A stretch of DNA of 64,000 nt from a virus: the IMG/VR virus record IMGVR_UViG_3300046808_001301. One strand, given 5' to 3'. The notes beneath the pieces are model-generated. The model was not told the DNA's origin. It saw nothing but the letters and a program-made list of their open reading frames with translations, and did no database searches. Position 1 is the first letter of the stretch. Each line of letters starts with the position of its first letter. Below, piece by piece: positions 46,211-57,323 of this stretch. Both the position numbers and the translations under genes were made by a program.

Positions 46211-46996
46211 ATGAAATTAATAGGCAATTTTACTCAAACATATACAGGAAGTGTTCACTGGACTCCTGGAAGTGATTGCAAAAACAGAGACTTTTTAATA
46301 GATGCCTTTTGCAACGATAAAAACAAAATTAATTGTTACAACTTGTTGGATTATCAAACATTTTCGTTTCACAACATGGAGCTGTCCCACGCTCAAAAAT
46401 TAAACAATCAAATTAAAACAGCATTACCAAAAATAAAAGGAGTGTGTTACAACGACACTACTTTAGGTAATTGCATTTTAACTCACTTGCTGTTTTTAAA
46501 AAAACAAGGTATGACTGATTTTTTGTGGATACAAGATGACGAATTTTTTACTCATACAAATTTTAATGACTTCCGTTATTTTTTGGATTTTTACAAAAAC
46601 AACTCAGATATTAAAAACGTAAGTCTTTTATATCCAGTAAGCGAATTTTCTATCTTGGAATCCAAAGACGTTAGAAAAATACCGAATACTGAATTAGAAA
46701 TTAGTTGTTTTTTTCCTACTGAATTAAAGCAAGTTAGACCGTACTCAATGGATTTTACTGCGTTTATTTGTAACATTGATTATTTTTTAACAAAGATGTT
46801 TGACTCAAGTTTTACAAATATCAGAGACGCATATCAACTCGAAGGTGCTGTTTTGCATAAAAGTGCATCAAATAACGTTGAACGAAGATTTTTAAATATT
46901 AAGTTCTTTGACTCGTTTAATATTGTAGGCATGGGAGGATCTCTTAGCCAAGCAACAGAAAGACTAGAAACACTAAAACAGTTAAAATTATTATGA
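46211..46996 (+). CDS. putative glycosyltransferase-like protein
   Basis: FLWIQDDEF; cluster context. Confidence 0.45.
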   Translation: MKLIGNFTQTYTGSVHWTPGSDCKNRDFLIDAFCNDKNKINCYNLLDYQTFSFHNMELSHAQKLNNQIKTALPKIKGVCYNDTTLGNCILTHLLFLKKQGMTDFLWIQDDEFFTHTNFNDFRYFLDFYKNNSDIKNVSLLYPVSEFSILESKDVRKIPNTELEISCFFPTELKQVRPYSMDFTAFICNIDYFLTKMFDSSFTNIRDAYQLEGAVLHKSASNNVERRFLNIKFFDSFNIVGMGGSLSQATERLETLKQLKLL

Positions 46997-47586
46997 CACT
47001 ACTAGATCAATATAACGCATTACTTAAAGAGTCTGTTCCTTCAGATAAGTGGCCAGGAAGGACAATCACAGATAAGGGAACCGTCCATTGTTACGTTCAA
47101 GAATATTACAATAAAAAATTTACTCCTTTGAAAAATAAACCAATCAAATTATTAGAATTAGGAGTAGAATACGGATATTCTATGAAACTCTGGTTGTCTT
47201 GGTTTACTAACGCGGATTTTATCGGTATAGATCCATTTCAACCAGAAACGTTATCTTACTTTAATACTCTTTCTAATTGCAAAGGAATTGAAGCTGATGG
47301 TTTTGCAGATTCAACAGTTTCTATGTTTGAAGACAACACTTTTGATTTTATTATTGAAGACGGTCCTCACACTTTAGAGTCCCAAATATTTGCAGCTACA
47401 AAATGGCCAGCAAAATTAAAATCTGGAGGAGTGTTGATTATGGAAGATTTGCAAAATCCCGATTCAGACGTTAAAGCAATTGCGGAACAAACAAAACACA
47501 TGAAAGACGTACAAATCTTGTTTTACGATTTTCGTAGTAAGTCTCGCAGACACGATGATGTTATTATTGAAATAACAAAAAAATAA
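46993..47586 (+). CDS. class I SAM methyltransferase
   Basis: LLELGV..G.S, GID, FDFIIEDGPH, LKSGGVLIMED. Confidence 0.85.
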   Translation: MTLLDQYNALLKESVPSDKWPGRTITDKGTVHCYVQEYYNKKFTPLKNKPIKLLELGVEYGYSMKLWLSWFTNADFIGIDPFQPETLSYFNTLSNCKGIEADGFADSTVSMFEDNTFDFIIEDGPHTLESQIFAATKWPAKLKSGGVLIMEDLQNPDSDVKAIAEQTKHMKDVQILFYDFRSKSRRHDDVIIEITKK

Positions 47587-47589
47587 CAA

Positions 47590-48246
47590 ATGAAAACTAA
47601 AACTGAAAAATACAAGTTTAAAGTATCAAAAGACCAATATCACAACACTGTTGACAGCAATTTTGAAGATTTAAATGAGTCTACAATCCTTAATTTATTT
47701 GAAGAAGCGTGCTTAAATCTAAAACAAAAGAACCAACCTACATACAACATGATCGAATTAGGTTCAAATCAATCATATTACTCGTTGTTGTTCAAACATA
47801 TCTTGGGAGTCGAACGCACTAAAACCATAATGGTAGAACCAGTAGAAACAAATTTAAATGTAGGAAAAAATCAATTTGAACTTAACAACTGTACAGGCAT
47901 GTTTTACCACAGAGGTATTGGAAAAAACGCGAGCTTGTTTTTAGGAGAAAACAATTTATTATCAGTAACCCCGATAACATTAGAAGAAATTTTTTTAGAA
48001 AATAAGTTAAACAATGTAGACATTTTACATTGCGATATTGACGGCTCCGAAAAAATTTTGCTACCTGAAAATCAAAATTTGTTCAAAGATTTAAAATTTT
48101 CTTATATATTTCTAATGACCCATACAAACGAAATTCATTCCTTTTGCAAACAATTTTTAATTAATTGCAAATATCAACTGTTGTCAGAACACTTAATAGG
48201 AGCTCCAAACGTTGGTTGCGACGGACTTCTTGTATTTAGCTTATGA
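47590..48246 (+). CDS. FkbM-like methyltransferase
   Basis: MIELGS, MVEP, DILHCDIDGSE, TH. Confidence 0.8.
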   Translation: MKTKTEKYKFKVSKDQYHNTVDSNFEDLNESTILNLFEEACLNLKQKNQPTYNMIELGSNQSYYSLLFKHILGVERTKTIMVEPVETNLNVGKNQFELNNCTGMFYHRGIGKNASLFLGENNLLSVTPITLEEIFLENKLNNVDILHCDIDGSEKILLPENQNLFKDLKFSYIFLMTHTNEIHSFCKQFLINCKYQLLSEHLIGAPNVGCDGLLVFSL

Positions 48247-49097
48247 AAATTTTATATTTAACAAAAGGAGATCACGTTGATTATCAAGACGATTGTTTAC
48301 TAATTGGACTAAAAGAACTGTTTGGAGCTGACGTAGTAGATTACAACAAACGCGATCATAATTACGTCTCTTACGATTTATCTGCTGCAAAGACGATGTA
48401 CGGTAAAGGAATGACAGTTACCAGAGTTTTACCTGACCTCGAAGTTGACAGAACTGATATCACCTCAAAAATTAAAAACAAGTATTTTGACTTTGTTGTT
48501 TACGGATCAATTTGGAGATGCAATGATTACATCGAACAAATATTGCAATTTTATCCCAAAAATCAAGTAATAGCTATCGACGGAGAAGACGAAACCAACC
48601 TTCATAAAAATTTTAATTTAGGAATTCCTTATTTCAAAAGAGAGCTTAATTTCGAACATAGTCGCTTGTTTCCAATATCGTTTGCGTTTCCAACATCAAA
48701 AGTCAATTTCACTAAAAACAAAACAAGAGATTTTTCGTTTATAACTCCGTTAAACAAAAATACGTATGTGTACACTAATGAACAAGAATATTATGCGGAT
48801 TACAGTCAATCTCGTTTTGGAGTCACTGTTAAAAAAGCAGGATGGGATTGTCTGAGGCATTATGAAATTTTAGCAAATGGTTGCATTCCTTATTTTTTAA
48901 ACGTAGAAAAGTGTCCCGCTCTTACGATGACTCACTTTCCTAAATTTTTGTGTAATGAAATAAACTCAAATGTCACGCGCTTGAAAAACGACGAACTTTA
49001 TGATAAGTTTATAAACAAGTTTGAAGAGCACTTTTTATCTCATAATACCACAAAAGCTCTGGCTAAATATTTTACCAACAAAATACAAACACTATGA
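48243..49097 (+). CDS. glycosyltransferase (GT-B-like)
   Basis: IDGED, YFKREL, KKAGWDCLRHYEILANGCIPY. Confidence 0.7.
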   Translation: MKILYLTKGDHVDYQDDCLLIGLKELFGADVVDYNKRDHNYVSYDLSAAKTMYGKGMTVTRVLPDLEVDRTDITSKIKNKYFDFVVYGSIWRCNDYIEQILQFYPKNQVIAIDGEDETNLHKNFNLGIPYFKRELNFEHSRLFPISFAFPTSKVNFTKNKTRDFSFITPLNKNTYVYTNEQEYYADYSQSRFGVTVKKAGWDCLRHYEILANGCIPYFLNVEKCPALTMTHFPKFLCNEINSNVTRLKNDELYDKFINKFEEHFLSHNTTKALAKYFTNKIQTL

Positions 49098-49675
49098 AAC
49101 GTTTCGACATCATTAATTCTTTAATTAAAAAGCACAACTACAAAAGTTATTTGGAAATAGGAACACAGTTCGGAGATTGTTTTAAACAAATCGTTATAGA
49201 TCACAAAGAATGTGTCGATCCGCATAAATGTTATAGTGAATTAACACACGAAATGACATCAGATGATTTTTTTGCAAAAAACGTAAAAACATTTGATATT
49301 GTTTTTGTGGACGGTCTCCATGTTGAAGAACAAAGCACAAAAGACATCCACAACGCCTTGAAGATATTAAACAAAAATGGATCTATTGTAATTCACGATT
49401 GTCTTCCTCACTGCGAAGAATTTATTCAAGTATGTTTTAGCGGAACGGTATTTCGTTCAATTATTGATTTGCGTTATAACAATCCGGAACTAAGCGTTTG
49501 TGTTGTAGATACGGACTGCGGTTGCGGAATAGTTCAAACTCAACCTCCACTTCAAACAATATACAATGCTGCTCCCATTGATTTAGCAAAAACGTATTAT
49601 TACTACGAAAAAAACAAGCAGGAGTTAATGAACATTATCTCTACTGAAAATTTTATTTCCTCTTTGAACAGTTGA
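49094..49675 (+). CDS. class I SAM methyltransferase (Methyltransf_24-like)
   Basis: SYLEIG, VDP, TSDDFF, FDIVFVDGLH, IHDC. Confidence 0.85.
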   Translation: MKRFDIINSLIKKHNYKSYLEIGTQFGDCFKQIVIDHKECVDPHKCYSELTHEMTSDDFFAKNVKTFDIVFVDGLHVEEQSTKDIHNALKILNKNGSIVIHDCLPHCEEFIQVCFSGTVFRSIIDLRYNNPELSVCVVDTDCGCGIVQTQPPLQTIYNAAPIDLAKTYYYYEKNKQELMNIISTENFISSLNS

Positions 49676-49706
49676 TAAATTTGTTTTGTAATTTATCATT
49701 ACAAAA

Positions 49707-51506
49707 ATGCGATTCATTACGTTTAAAACACTAGAAGGAAAAAACTTCTTGTCGTTTGGAGATTCAGTTGTAAAGGTAAATTTAAAATCAGGAGTTAACG
49801 CCATAATTGGCACTAATTATGACAAAGAAGACTCTAAGAACGGCGCTGGTAAAAGCTCTATAACTGAACTTCTTTATTACAGTTTGTATGGAGTAACGCT
49901 TAGAGAAATTTCTAAGGACCACATTCAAAATAGCCTTACAAAAGGAAAATGTGAAGTGTCTTTGGAATTTGATGTGTTGTCAAACAACAGTACAGACGAG
50001 TATAAAATCGTTCGCAAATTAAATCCAACAAAGTGTCAATTATTTAAAAACGGAGAAGACGTTACTCGTTCTACACTAGCTAAAACCAATGCTTTAATAC
50101 AAGACATTATCCATACTCCGTCAACGGTTTTTCAAAATTCAGTTATCATGGCAGTCAACAACGCTTTGCCGTTTATGGCATTGCCTAAGACAGACAAACG
50201 CAAATTTATTGAAAGCGTTTTAGGGTTAGAGGTGTTTACTGATATGGTATTAAAGGCCAGAGATGACTACAGTATTGCAAAAAAAGATTACGAGCTCGCT
50301 TACGCCAAATTAGAACAGCAACAAAGCGAGCTAAGTTTTAACCAAACTCAATTAGACAATTACCAAATATCTCGACAAGAACGGCTAAAAAAGCTCGAAG
50401 ACAGAAAAATTACTCTTGAAAAAGATCTTAATACTTTGCAAGTTAAGTTAACAACCACTCAAACAAAAGATCTTTCGTGCTCTAATCAACAATTAGAATC
50501 TCACAAACAGAAGCTTCAACAGTTGCAAGATAAAATAAGACAATTAGACAAGGGAATCTTTCAAGCACAAGCTGAAATTAACGCAGAAAAAAAGCAAATT
50601 GATAAACTACAAACAAATAAAGACATTTGTCCAACTTGTAATCGAGAATATTCTGAAGAACACACTCAGCACGTCACTAACTCCATAACCAACCATCAAC
50701 AAGCAATCGACAAATACTCTGATACAATCGCAAAACTTAACGAAGCCAGCGAAAAAGTTACGGTCGAAATTTCGTCTTTAAAGACCACCATAAAAAATGA
50801 AGAAGCTAAAAAACAAATGTTTGAGGAGCAAATAGCTGCTGATTCAAACATTCAAACAAGCCTAGGATTTCTCAACAAAAGCCTTAAAGAAACAAACGAC
50901 GAAATTGAAATAACAAACAACGAACAAAACAACGAACTAAAAGGAAAGGTTTCTACCCTTAGAGACCAAGTAAACGAAAACATTACTAGAGTAGACAAGC
51001 TAAATAATGATCTAAACGTTTTAGAAACAGTAAAGTTTGTTATTTCAGAAGAAGGAATTAAATCATTTATTGTTAAAAAAATTCTAAAAGTACTGAATTC
51101 AAGAGTAGCTTATTATCTTAAAAAACTTGAAGCCAATTGTTTGTGTCAATTTAACGAATTTTTTGACGAAGAAATTGTAGATGAAAATGCAAATCCAAAA
51201 TCATACTTTAATTTTTCTGGAGGAGAACGTAAGCGTATTGATTTGTCGTGTTTATTTGCGTTTGCTGACATTCGTCGCCTTCAAGGAGACGTAAATTTTA
51301 GCACCGTTTTTTATGATGAGTTATTAGATTCTTCTCTTGACGACAAAGGAGTTCAATTGACATTAAAAATTCTCAGAGAAAGATTTAACGACAACAACGA
51401 ATCTTGTTATATTATTACGCATCGAGGACCAGAAGTTTTATGTAAAGCGGAACACGTAATTCACGTAATAAAACAAAACGGAATAACTCGCGTGAACGAC
51501 ACATAA
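49707..51506 (+). CDS. gp46: recombination ATPase subunit (Rad50/SbcC-like)
   Basis: NFLSFG, NGAGKS, CPTC hook, FSGGE, YDELLD, ITH. Confidence 0.93.
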   Translation: MRFITFKTLEGKNFLSFGDSVVKVNLKSGVNAIIGTNYDKEDSKNGAGKSSITELLYYSLYGVTLREISKDHIQNSLTKGKCEVSLEFDVLSNNSTDEYKIVRKLNPTKCQLFKNGEDVTRSTLAKTNALIQDIIHTPSTVFQNSVIMAVNNALPFMALPKTDKRKFIESVLGLEVFTDMVLKARDDYSIAKKDYELAYAKLEQQQSELSFNQTQLDNYQISRQERLKKLEDRKITLEKDLNTLQVKLTTTQTKDLSCSNQQLESHKQKLQQLQDKIRQLDKGIFQAQAEINAEKKQIDKLQTNKDICPTCNREYSEEHTQHVTNSITNHQQAIDKYSDTIAKLNEASEKVTVEISSLKTTIKNEEAKKQMFEEQIAADSNIQTSLGFLNKSLKETNDEIEITNNEQNNELKGKVSTLRDQVNENITRVDKLNNDLNVLETVKFVISEEGIKSFIVKKILKVLNSRVAYYLKKLEANCLCQFNEFFDEEIVDENANPKSYFNFSGGERKRIDLSCLFAFADIRRLQGDVNFSTVFYDELLDSSLDDKGVQLTLKILRERFNDNNESCYIITHRGPEVLCKAEHVIHVIKQNGITRVNDT

Positions 51507-51507
51507 T

Positions 51508-52839
51508 ATGGCAATAAAATATCAAATACTGTCAGCTGCTTCTGCTGTTTTGTTTTTTTTATTTTATGTACGGTTTTGGGTGTCTATAAAAAAAATTATC
51601 TTGCCGTCATACGACAAGTTCAAAGAGCTTTTTTTCTACTACAGATTTCGAGAATACACAATTGGTGACCGTCGAACCCAACTATTACTATTTGCGGAAT
51701 ACGTTAAATCTGATGCACTAAATTTAAAAGATTTTTTAGTCACAAAACTATCTAAAGAAAAAACGTATGTTCCCTCAAATTTTAATGCATATGATTTGTT
51801 ACGTTTTTGGAAGACTAAAATAAACAAAGCAACTATCTTTAAATTAAAAACACTAGAACGAGAAGGCATACAAAAGCCTAATTTTAATTTAGGCAAAACA
51901 TACAATCATTTTTACGTATTCGGAATTAAAAAATTTCAGGATTTATATTATTTAGTAGACACTGTTATTTCCTGTTGTTTGTCTAGCAATGAACCGCTTT
52001 GGAATAGTTTAACAGAAAGTTTTGATGTAGACGTTTTAAAAAAAGCCAGACTTTCGATTGAAAAATCTTCACTATCTCGCAAAAAATTGTTTTTTTTACT
52101 AAGCCCGTTTATTTTAAAATATAAAAAGACAAAAAAACAAAAAGATTTAAAAAAAGTAGTAGATAAATTTATTTCGTTAACATCAACAACAAATTTAAAA
52201 GAAGTTAAACTATTGTTAAGTGGGTTACAACACTTTGCTCACAATGAGTTAATATACGACTCTATTAAATTTAAACTGCAAAACGGAGAATTGAGAGATA
52301 TTTTTGACAATGAAACCACAGGATGTTGTTCTCTAGCTCCAACTGGTCCTTATTGGGACCAATATTATAGTGCAATGGATTATCTAACCAATAAAAGCGT
52401 AGCACTACTGCACATTAAGCCTCATAAAAATGATATTGAATTTTTTTTGTTAGGAGTGGTGTTTTTAGGGCTATGTAAAACTCAAAAAAACGAACGCGTG
52501 CTGCTAATAGATTCTTTAGAAGCCGCTCAATGGTTTCCGTATAACAAATTTGTAAATTTAAACGCCATCCACCATTGTTGTCTAAATTCAATCAAACAAA
52601 TAGCAACTGAAATGAACGTCAAACACTTGTTTTTTTGTTCAAAGGTTGTAAATTTTACCGCGAAGGAATTTATAAAATTCATAAAGAAAACTTATAAATT
52701 AAACAACAACCCTGACAAGTTGTATTTAGAGCTTCTAGATTGCAAAAATCCTATTTATTTAGATGCATTTTATGACGGTTGCAATCCAATCAGGATTCCG
52801 AAAGGAATTGCTACTGGATATTCTGTTTACATTTCTTAA
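51508..52839 (+). CDS. hypothetical protein with N-terminal TM
   Basis: 443-aa ORF; TTGCC...LLIDSLE motifs. Confidence 0.65.
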   Translation: MAIKYQILSAASAVLFFLFYVRFWVSIKKIILPSYDKFKELFFYYRFREYTIGDRRTQLLLFAEYVKSDALNLKDFLVTKLSKEKTYVPSNFNAYDLLRFWKTKINKATIFKLKTLEREGIQKPNFNLGKTYNHFYVFGIKKFQDLYYLVDTVISCCLSSNEPLWNSLTESFDVDVLKKARLSIEKSSLSRKKLFFLLSPFILKYKKTKKQKDLKKVVDKFISLTSTTNLKEVKLLLSGLQHFAHNELIYDSIKFKLQNGELRDIFDNETTGCCSLAPTGPYWDQYYSAMDYLTNKSVALLHIKPHKNDIEFFLLGVVFLGLCKTQKNERVLLIDSLEAAQWFPYNKFVNLNAIHHCCLNSIKQIATEMNVKHLFFCSKVVNFTAKEFIKFIKKTYKLNNNPDKLYLELLDCKNPIYLDAFYDGCNPIRIPKGIATGYSVYIS

Positions 52840-52860
52840 TTTTTGTTGTAAATAAGCTCT

Positions 52861-54075
52861 ATGTCAATGACTGTACCAATGGGAATCCCACACATACCCG
52901 GCGCTCCTCACGGCCTTCCTCCAGGAATTCCGTTTCAAAACTATCCATCTTCTCGGAGTCTGCCGCCTCCGGAAATTCCTGGAGAAGGATTAAAAAGAGC
53001 AATCACATATCTAGCTGATTATGGAGGATGTGGATATTATCGGTGTATGGCTCCCAATTCTCTTTTAAATTTGCATCAAAAAGCGTGCATCATTGAGTCA
53101 ACAGCTATGATTCTTGATCCAAGGTTTTATCAAACCGTTCAAGCTGTCAAATTACAAAGACAAGCCACTCCTCATCAAAAACAATTTGTTCAATTTTTGA
53201 AAGAAATTTCAAAACAAATTAACACAAAGCTAATATATGAAGTGGACGATGTGGTGTTTAGAGAAGATATTCCTTTGTATAACAGAAATCGAGACGCGTT
53301 TGTGTCCGATGAAATCAGAAATTCCATTTTAGAAATTATGTCTATGATGGACGAAATTACTGTAACTTGTGATTACTTTAGAGACTATCTTATCGATAAA
53401 ACAGGAAATAAAAATGTAACAACCGTTCCAAATTATCTGCAAAAGTGGTGGTTTGATCGCTATTACAATTTGGGAGATTTAATTAAAAAGTTTGAAAAAA
53501 ATAAGAAAAAACCAATAGTAGCTATTTTTGCTTCAGGCACTCACATAGACGTGGCAAATAGAGTTAATCAAAAGGATGATTTTGAAACAGTAGTTCCCTA
53601 TATTATTAAAACGAGAACTGAGTTTGAGTGGCATTTTTACGGATCCTTCCCTCTAGCAGTAAAGCCATACATTGATCGAGGAGAAATGAAGTATTTTCCG
53701 TGGGTCTCTTTGCCTAATTTTGCAGAAACTATGGCTAATTCGGGAGCTCAATTAACATTTGCTGCTTTGCAAGACAATACATTTAATCGTTGCAAATCCA
53801 ACATTAAGTTGATCGAAGCAGGAGCAATTGGACTGCCTTGTGTTTGTCCTGATATGGTAACATATAAAGACGCTTTTTTGAAATACAAAACAGGAGAAGA
53901 ATTTATTGATTGCATTAAAACGGTCACAAAAAATCAAAGCGTTTATGCTGAACATTGCAAAAAAGCCCGATCCCATACGGAAAAATTTTGGTTAGACGAC
54001 GAACATAATTTAATGAAACATCACGAGGTATATTTTACTCCGTTTGGTTCCAAGGAAAGAAAATATTTGCGTTGA
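52861..54075 (+). CDS. glycosyltransferase (GT-B)
   Basis: GCGYYR..P, IYEVDD, VPN, L.DN.FNRCKSNIKLIEAG..G.P. Confidence 0.85.
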   Translation: MSMTVPMGIPHIPGAPHGLPPGIPFQNYPSSRSLPPPEIPGEGLKRAITYLADYGGCGYYRCMAPNSLLNLHQKACIIESTAMILDPRFYQTVQAVKLQRQATPHQKQFVQFLKEISKQINTKLIYEVDDVVFREDIPLYNRNRDAFVSDEIRNSILEIMSMMDEITVTCDYFRDYLIDKTGNKNVTTVPNYLQKWWFDRYYNLGDLIKKFEKNKKKPIVAIFASGTHIDVANRVNQKDDFETVVPYIIKTRTEFEWHFYGSFPLAVKPYIDRGEMKYFPWVSLPNFAETMANSGAQLTFAALQDNTFNRCKSNIKLIEAGAIGLPCVCPDMVTYKDAFLKYKTGEEFIDCIKTVTKNQSVYAEHCKKARSHTEKFWLDDEHNLMKHHEVYFTPFGSKERKYLR

Positions 54076-54107
54076 CCTTCCGTATTATTGTAGTACGTTA
54101 TGCGTAG

Positions 54108-56660
54108 ATGTATAGATCTGCTACCTACAATCCGTTTAACGAGTCTGTGTTTTTACGTACATGGACGGAATCTGGCGATAGAATTGATACAGAAATACCA
54201 TTTCGTCCTTACCTTTTTTTAGAGAAGGATAATGCAAAAGACGCTGTATCAATATTTAAAACTTCTCTAGTAAAGAAGACCTTTCGCAACAGCATTGACA
54301 GGAGAAAGTTTGTTGACAGCACTGCAAATAATCGCCTATTTCATAATCTCGGGCCCGAACAGCAATTTTTGATTGAGATGTTTAAAGATCGAAACAACGA
54401 TCTAACATTTTCTCAGTTTCCATTAAAGATATTTCTGTTAGACATTGAGGTAGACACCACAATGGATTCTTCGTTTCCGACTCCAGAAAGAGCAGCTGTA
54501 CCAATCAATCTCATTACGGTTTATGATACGTTAACTAAAACTACTCACACTTGGGGATTAAAAGAGCGATACGAAAGCAAGTCGCTCAATTGCGTTTATC
54601 ATTGTTGCAAAACAGAAGAGGATCTTATATTACAATTTGTAGATTTTTGGAAAACGGATTATCCAGACATTGCGTCAGGTTGGAATAGTAGCGGGTTTGA
54701 CTTTCCATATATTATAAATAGATTTGTTAAATTGTTTGGGGCAGACTTTATTAACCAACTTTCCCCTGTAGGAAACATTAGAAGCAGAAAGTTTTTTAAC
54801 GAAATGGGCAGAGAGGTTACCGAATGGTACATTTCTGGTATTGCTTTAATTGACTATATGGTTTTATACAAAACCTTTTCGCCTGGGGAGAAAGAATCAT
54901 TTAGTTTAAATTATATTTCTGAGCTCGAACTTGGGGAAGGAAAAACAGCGTACAATGCAATGAGTTTAGGGGAACTAGCTCACACAGACTGGAAAACGTT
55001 TGTTGATTACAACATCCAAGACGTTCACTTGTTAGTAAAACTTGAAGAAAAACTAAAGTTTTTGGAAATTGCTAGAATGCTGTCATACAAAGGATGCACC
55101 AATTTCGAATCGGCCTTAGGTAAAGTATCAATTGTTACGGGAGCTGTTGCAATACAAGCTCACAAACAAGGTTATGTTATTCCTACGTTTACTAACAAAT
55201 TAGATAGAGAATCTTACGAAGGAGGCTTTGTAAGAGAACCAGAAAAAGGAATACAAAAAGCAATTGTAAGCTTTGACGTAAATTCACTTTACCCAAACAC
55301 AATTATCACACTAAACATTTCTCCGGAAACCAAATTAGGGAAAGTAGTTACAGGAGAATTTGGCGTAACTCCTGAAGTAACTATCAAACTCGTTAACGGC
55401 AAACTTCACACTCTTTCTACAGACGCTCTAAAGCAATTTCTTAAAACTGAGCAAGTTTCTATATCAAAAGCTGGCGTAATGTATTCTCAGAAAGCAAAGG
55501 GGGTAATTCCTAATCTTATCGATCAGATTTATAAAGAGCGTGTTGACACAAAAGAAGCATTGCTAAAGCTCAAAAAAACAGGCAAGAAGGATAAAGAAAC
55601 TCAGTTAAAGTTAACTTACTACAACACTCTTCAGTATACATTGAAAATTTTGCTGAATTCTATTTACGGAACGTTTGCAAACAAGCACTCTTCCTTAATG
55701 GACATTGATCACGCTATGTCCATTACTGTTACGGGTCAAAACGTATCAAAGGCTGGAGGATATATCTTGGATGATTTTGTAAACAAAAAGTACGGAGTCA
55801 AAGGTTCAATTACAAAATACGGAGACACAGACAGCTTATATGTATCAATAAATCCAGTACTAACGTCATTAAATATTCCGTTAACAGTTGACGGACAAAT
55901 AAATCCAACGGTTCATGATATCGTTAACGAACTAGATAAACATGTTAACGAAGAAATATTAAATTGGGCAAGAAAAGAGCTATTTTCCAATGATCCTCGT
56001 TACGTGTTTAAGCGAGAAGTTATTTCAGACGTAGGAATATTTCTTCAAAAGAAGCGTTACATATTGCACGTGTTAGATGAAGAGGGCGTTCCACTTGACA
56101 AATTTAAATACACTGGCATTGAGTTAGTTCGATCGACTACTCCCAAAAAAGTAAAAGCGTTTATTGAAGATGTTATTAAAACTTCGTTGCTAACAGAAAA
56201 CATAAAAACTTCAAACGACGTATATCGTTCGTGTTACGACAAGTTCCAGCAATTGGATCCAAACGACATAGCAGCAAGAACGTCTATAAACAATCTCGAA
56301 AAGTACGCGCAGGGAGCTTCTTTATACAAGTACAAAAAAGGAACTCCCTCTCACGTGAAGGGAGCAATTGCATACAATTTATTGATCAAGGAACTCAAAA
56401 TAGATGACAAATATGAAGAAATTCAGACCGGTCAAAAAGTAAAAAAATTATATTGTTCTAAAAATAAATACGGACTAGATGCAATATCTTATCCTGCAAT
56501 CTTTCCAGCTGAATTTTCTTTAAATGTTGATTTTGATCGCATGTTCAACAAACTTGTAACTCAACCGATCGAACGGTTGTATGACGCGATTGGATGGAGG
56601 CTTCCTGTTATAGGCAAAGAAATTCAAACAGATCTATTTGATTTGTTCTCCGACAACTAA
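54108..56660 (+). CDS. gp43: family B DNA polymerase
   Basis: DIEV, GWNS.GFD, YNIQDV, DVNSLYP, KILLNSIYG, YGDTDS, KKRY. Confidence 0.97.
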   Translation: MYRSATYNPFNESVFLRTWTESGDRIDTEIPFRPYLFLEKDNAKDAVSIFKTSLVKKTFRNSIDRRKFVDSTANNRLFHNLGPEQQFLIEMFKDRNNDLTFSQFPLKIFLLDIEVDTTMDSSFPTPERAAVPINLITVYDTLTKTTHTWGLKERYESKSLNCVYHCCKTEEDLILQFVDFWKTDYPDIASGWNSSGFDFPYIINRFVKLFGADFINQLSPVGNIRSRKFFNEMGREVTEWYISGIALIDYMVLYKTFSPGEKESFSLNYISELELGEGKTAYNAMSLGELAHTDWKTFVDYNIQDVHLLVKLEEKLKFLEIARMLSYKGCTNFESALGKVSIVTGAVAIQAHKQGYVIPTFTNKLDRESYEGGFVREPEKGIQKAIVSFDVNSLYPNTIITLNISPETKLGKVVTGEFGVTPEVTIKLVNGKLHTLSTDALKQFLKTEQVSISKAGVMYSQKAKGVIPNLIDQIYKERVDTKEALLKLKKTGKKDKETQLKLTYYNTLQYTLKILLNSIYGTFANKHSSLMDIDHAMSITVTGQNVSKAGGYILDDFVNKKYGVKGSITKYGDTDSLYVSINPVLTSLNIPLTVDGQINPTVHDIVNELDKHVNEEILNWARKELFSNDPRYVFKREVISDVGIFLQKKRYILHVLDEEGVPLDKFKYTGIELVRSTTPKKVKAFIEDVIKTSLLTENIKTSNDVYRSCYDKFQQLDPNDIAARTSINNLEKYAQGASLYKYKKGTPSHVKGAIAYNLLIKELKIDDKYEEIQTGQKVKKLYCSKNKYGLDAISYPAIFPAEFSLNVDFDRMFNKLVTQPIERLYDAIGWRLPVIGKEIQTDLFDLFSDN

Positions 56661-56668
56661 ATAAATGT

Positions 56669-56944
56669 ATGTACGGCTCAGAACAATTGTTTCAGCAGCT
56701 TTCATACAAGGATTTATACTTTACATTAAAAAGTATAACAGAAGAAGATAGCAATTTAGTTGATTGCATTGTCGACGACGTTGTTGGAGATTTTATATAC
56801 TTACTAGAAGTGTACGATCTCGTTTGGATCACTTCTGACGATAGAATTTTACTTACATCAAAAGGAGAAAAAATTATTCAGCATTTAATTATACCTGTTG
56901 AATTAACAAAATTATCAAGTAAGTTAAATTATAAAAAATTATGA
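56669..56944 (+). CDS. hypothetical protein
   Basis: ORF after TAAATA. Confidence 0.65.
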   Translation: MYGSEQLFQQLSYKDLYFTLKSITEEDSNLVDCIVDDVVGDFIYLLEVYDLVWITSDDRILLTSKGEKIIQHLIIPVELTKLSSKLNYKKL

Positions 56945-57303
56945 GCAACACAACAACACAACCCACAGTATTCCTTGATACCATTGGCAGAACAATCATT
57001 GGAAATATTGTTTCAGAAACAGACACAACCATTTCCGTTAAAAATCCGGCTTTGGTTGCTGTACAAGCAAACCCTCAAACAAATCAACTGCAATTGCAAA
57101 TTTTGCCGTTGTTCTTTAAAGAATTTCTGGCATCTCAGACAGATTCTACTGTTTGGGTGTATAAGAAAAACCTTATTACTACCGCTGAGCCAGTCAATTT
57201 TAACGCTCAATTTGTCCTTCAGTATAATCAACTGTTTGCTCCTCCTGCTACTCAAGGAGAGCCAAGCGTTGTTAAGCTGTTTGACGACGAAGAAAAGAAG
57301 TAA
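56941..57303 (+). CDS. hypothetical protein
   Basis: ORF. Confidence 0.75.
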   Translation: MSNTTTQPTVFLDTIGRTIIGNIVSETDTTISVKNPALVAVQANPQTNQLQLQILPLFFKEFLASQTDSTVWVYKKNLITTAEPVNFNAQFVLQYNQLFAPPATQGEPSVVKLFDDEEKK

Positions 57304-57323
57304 ACAAAAAAAAGTTAAAGTTC

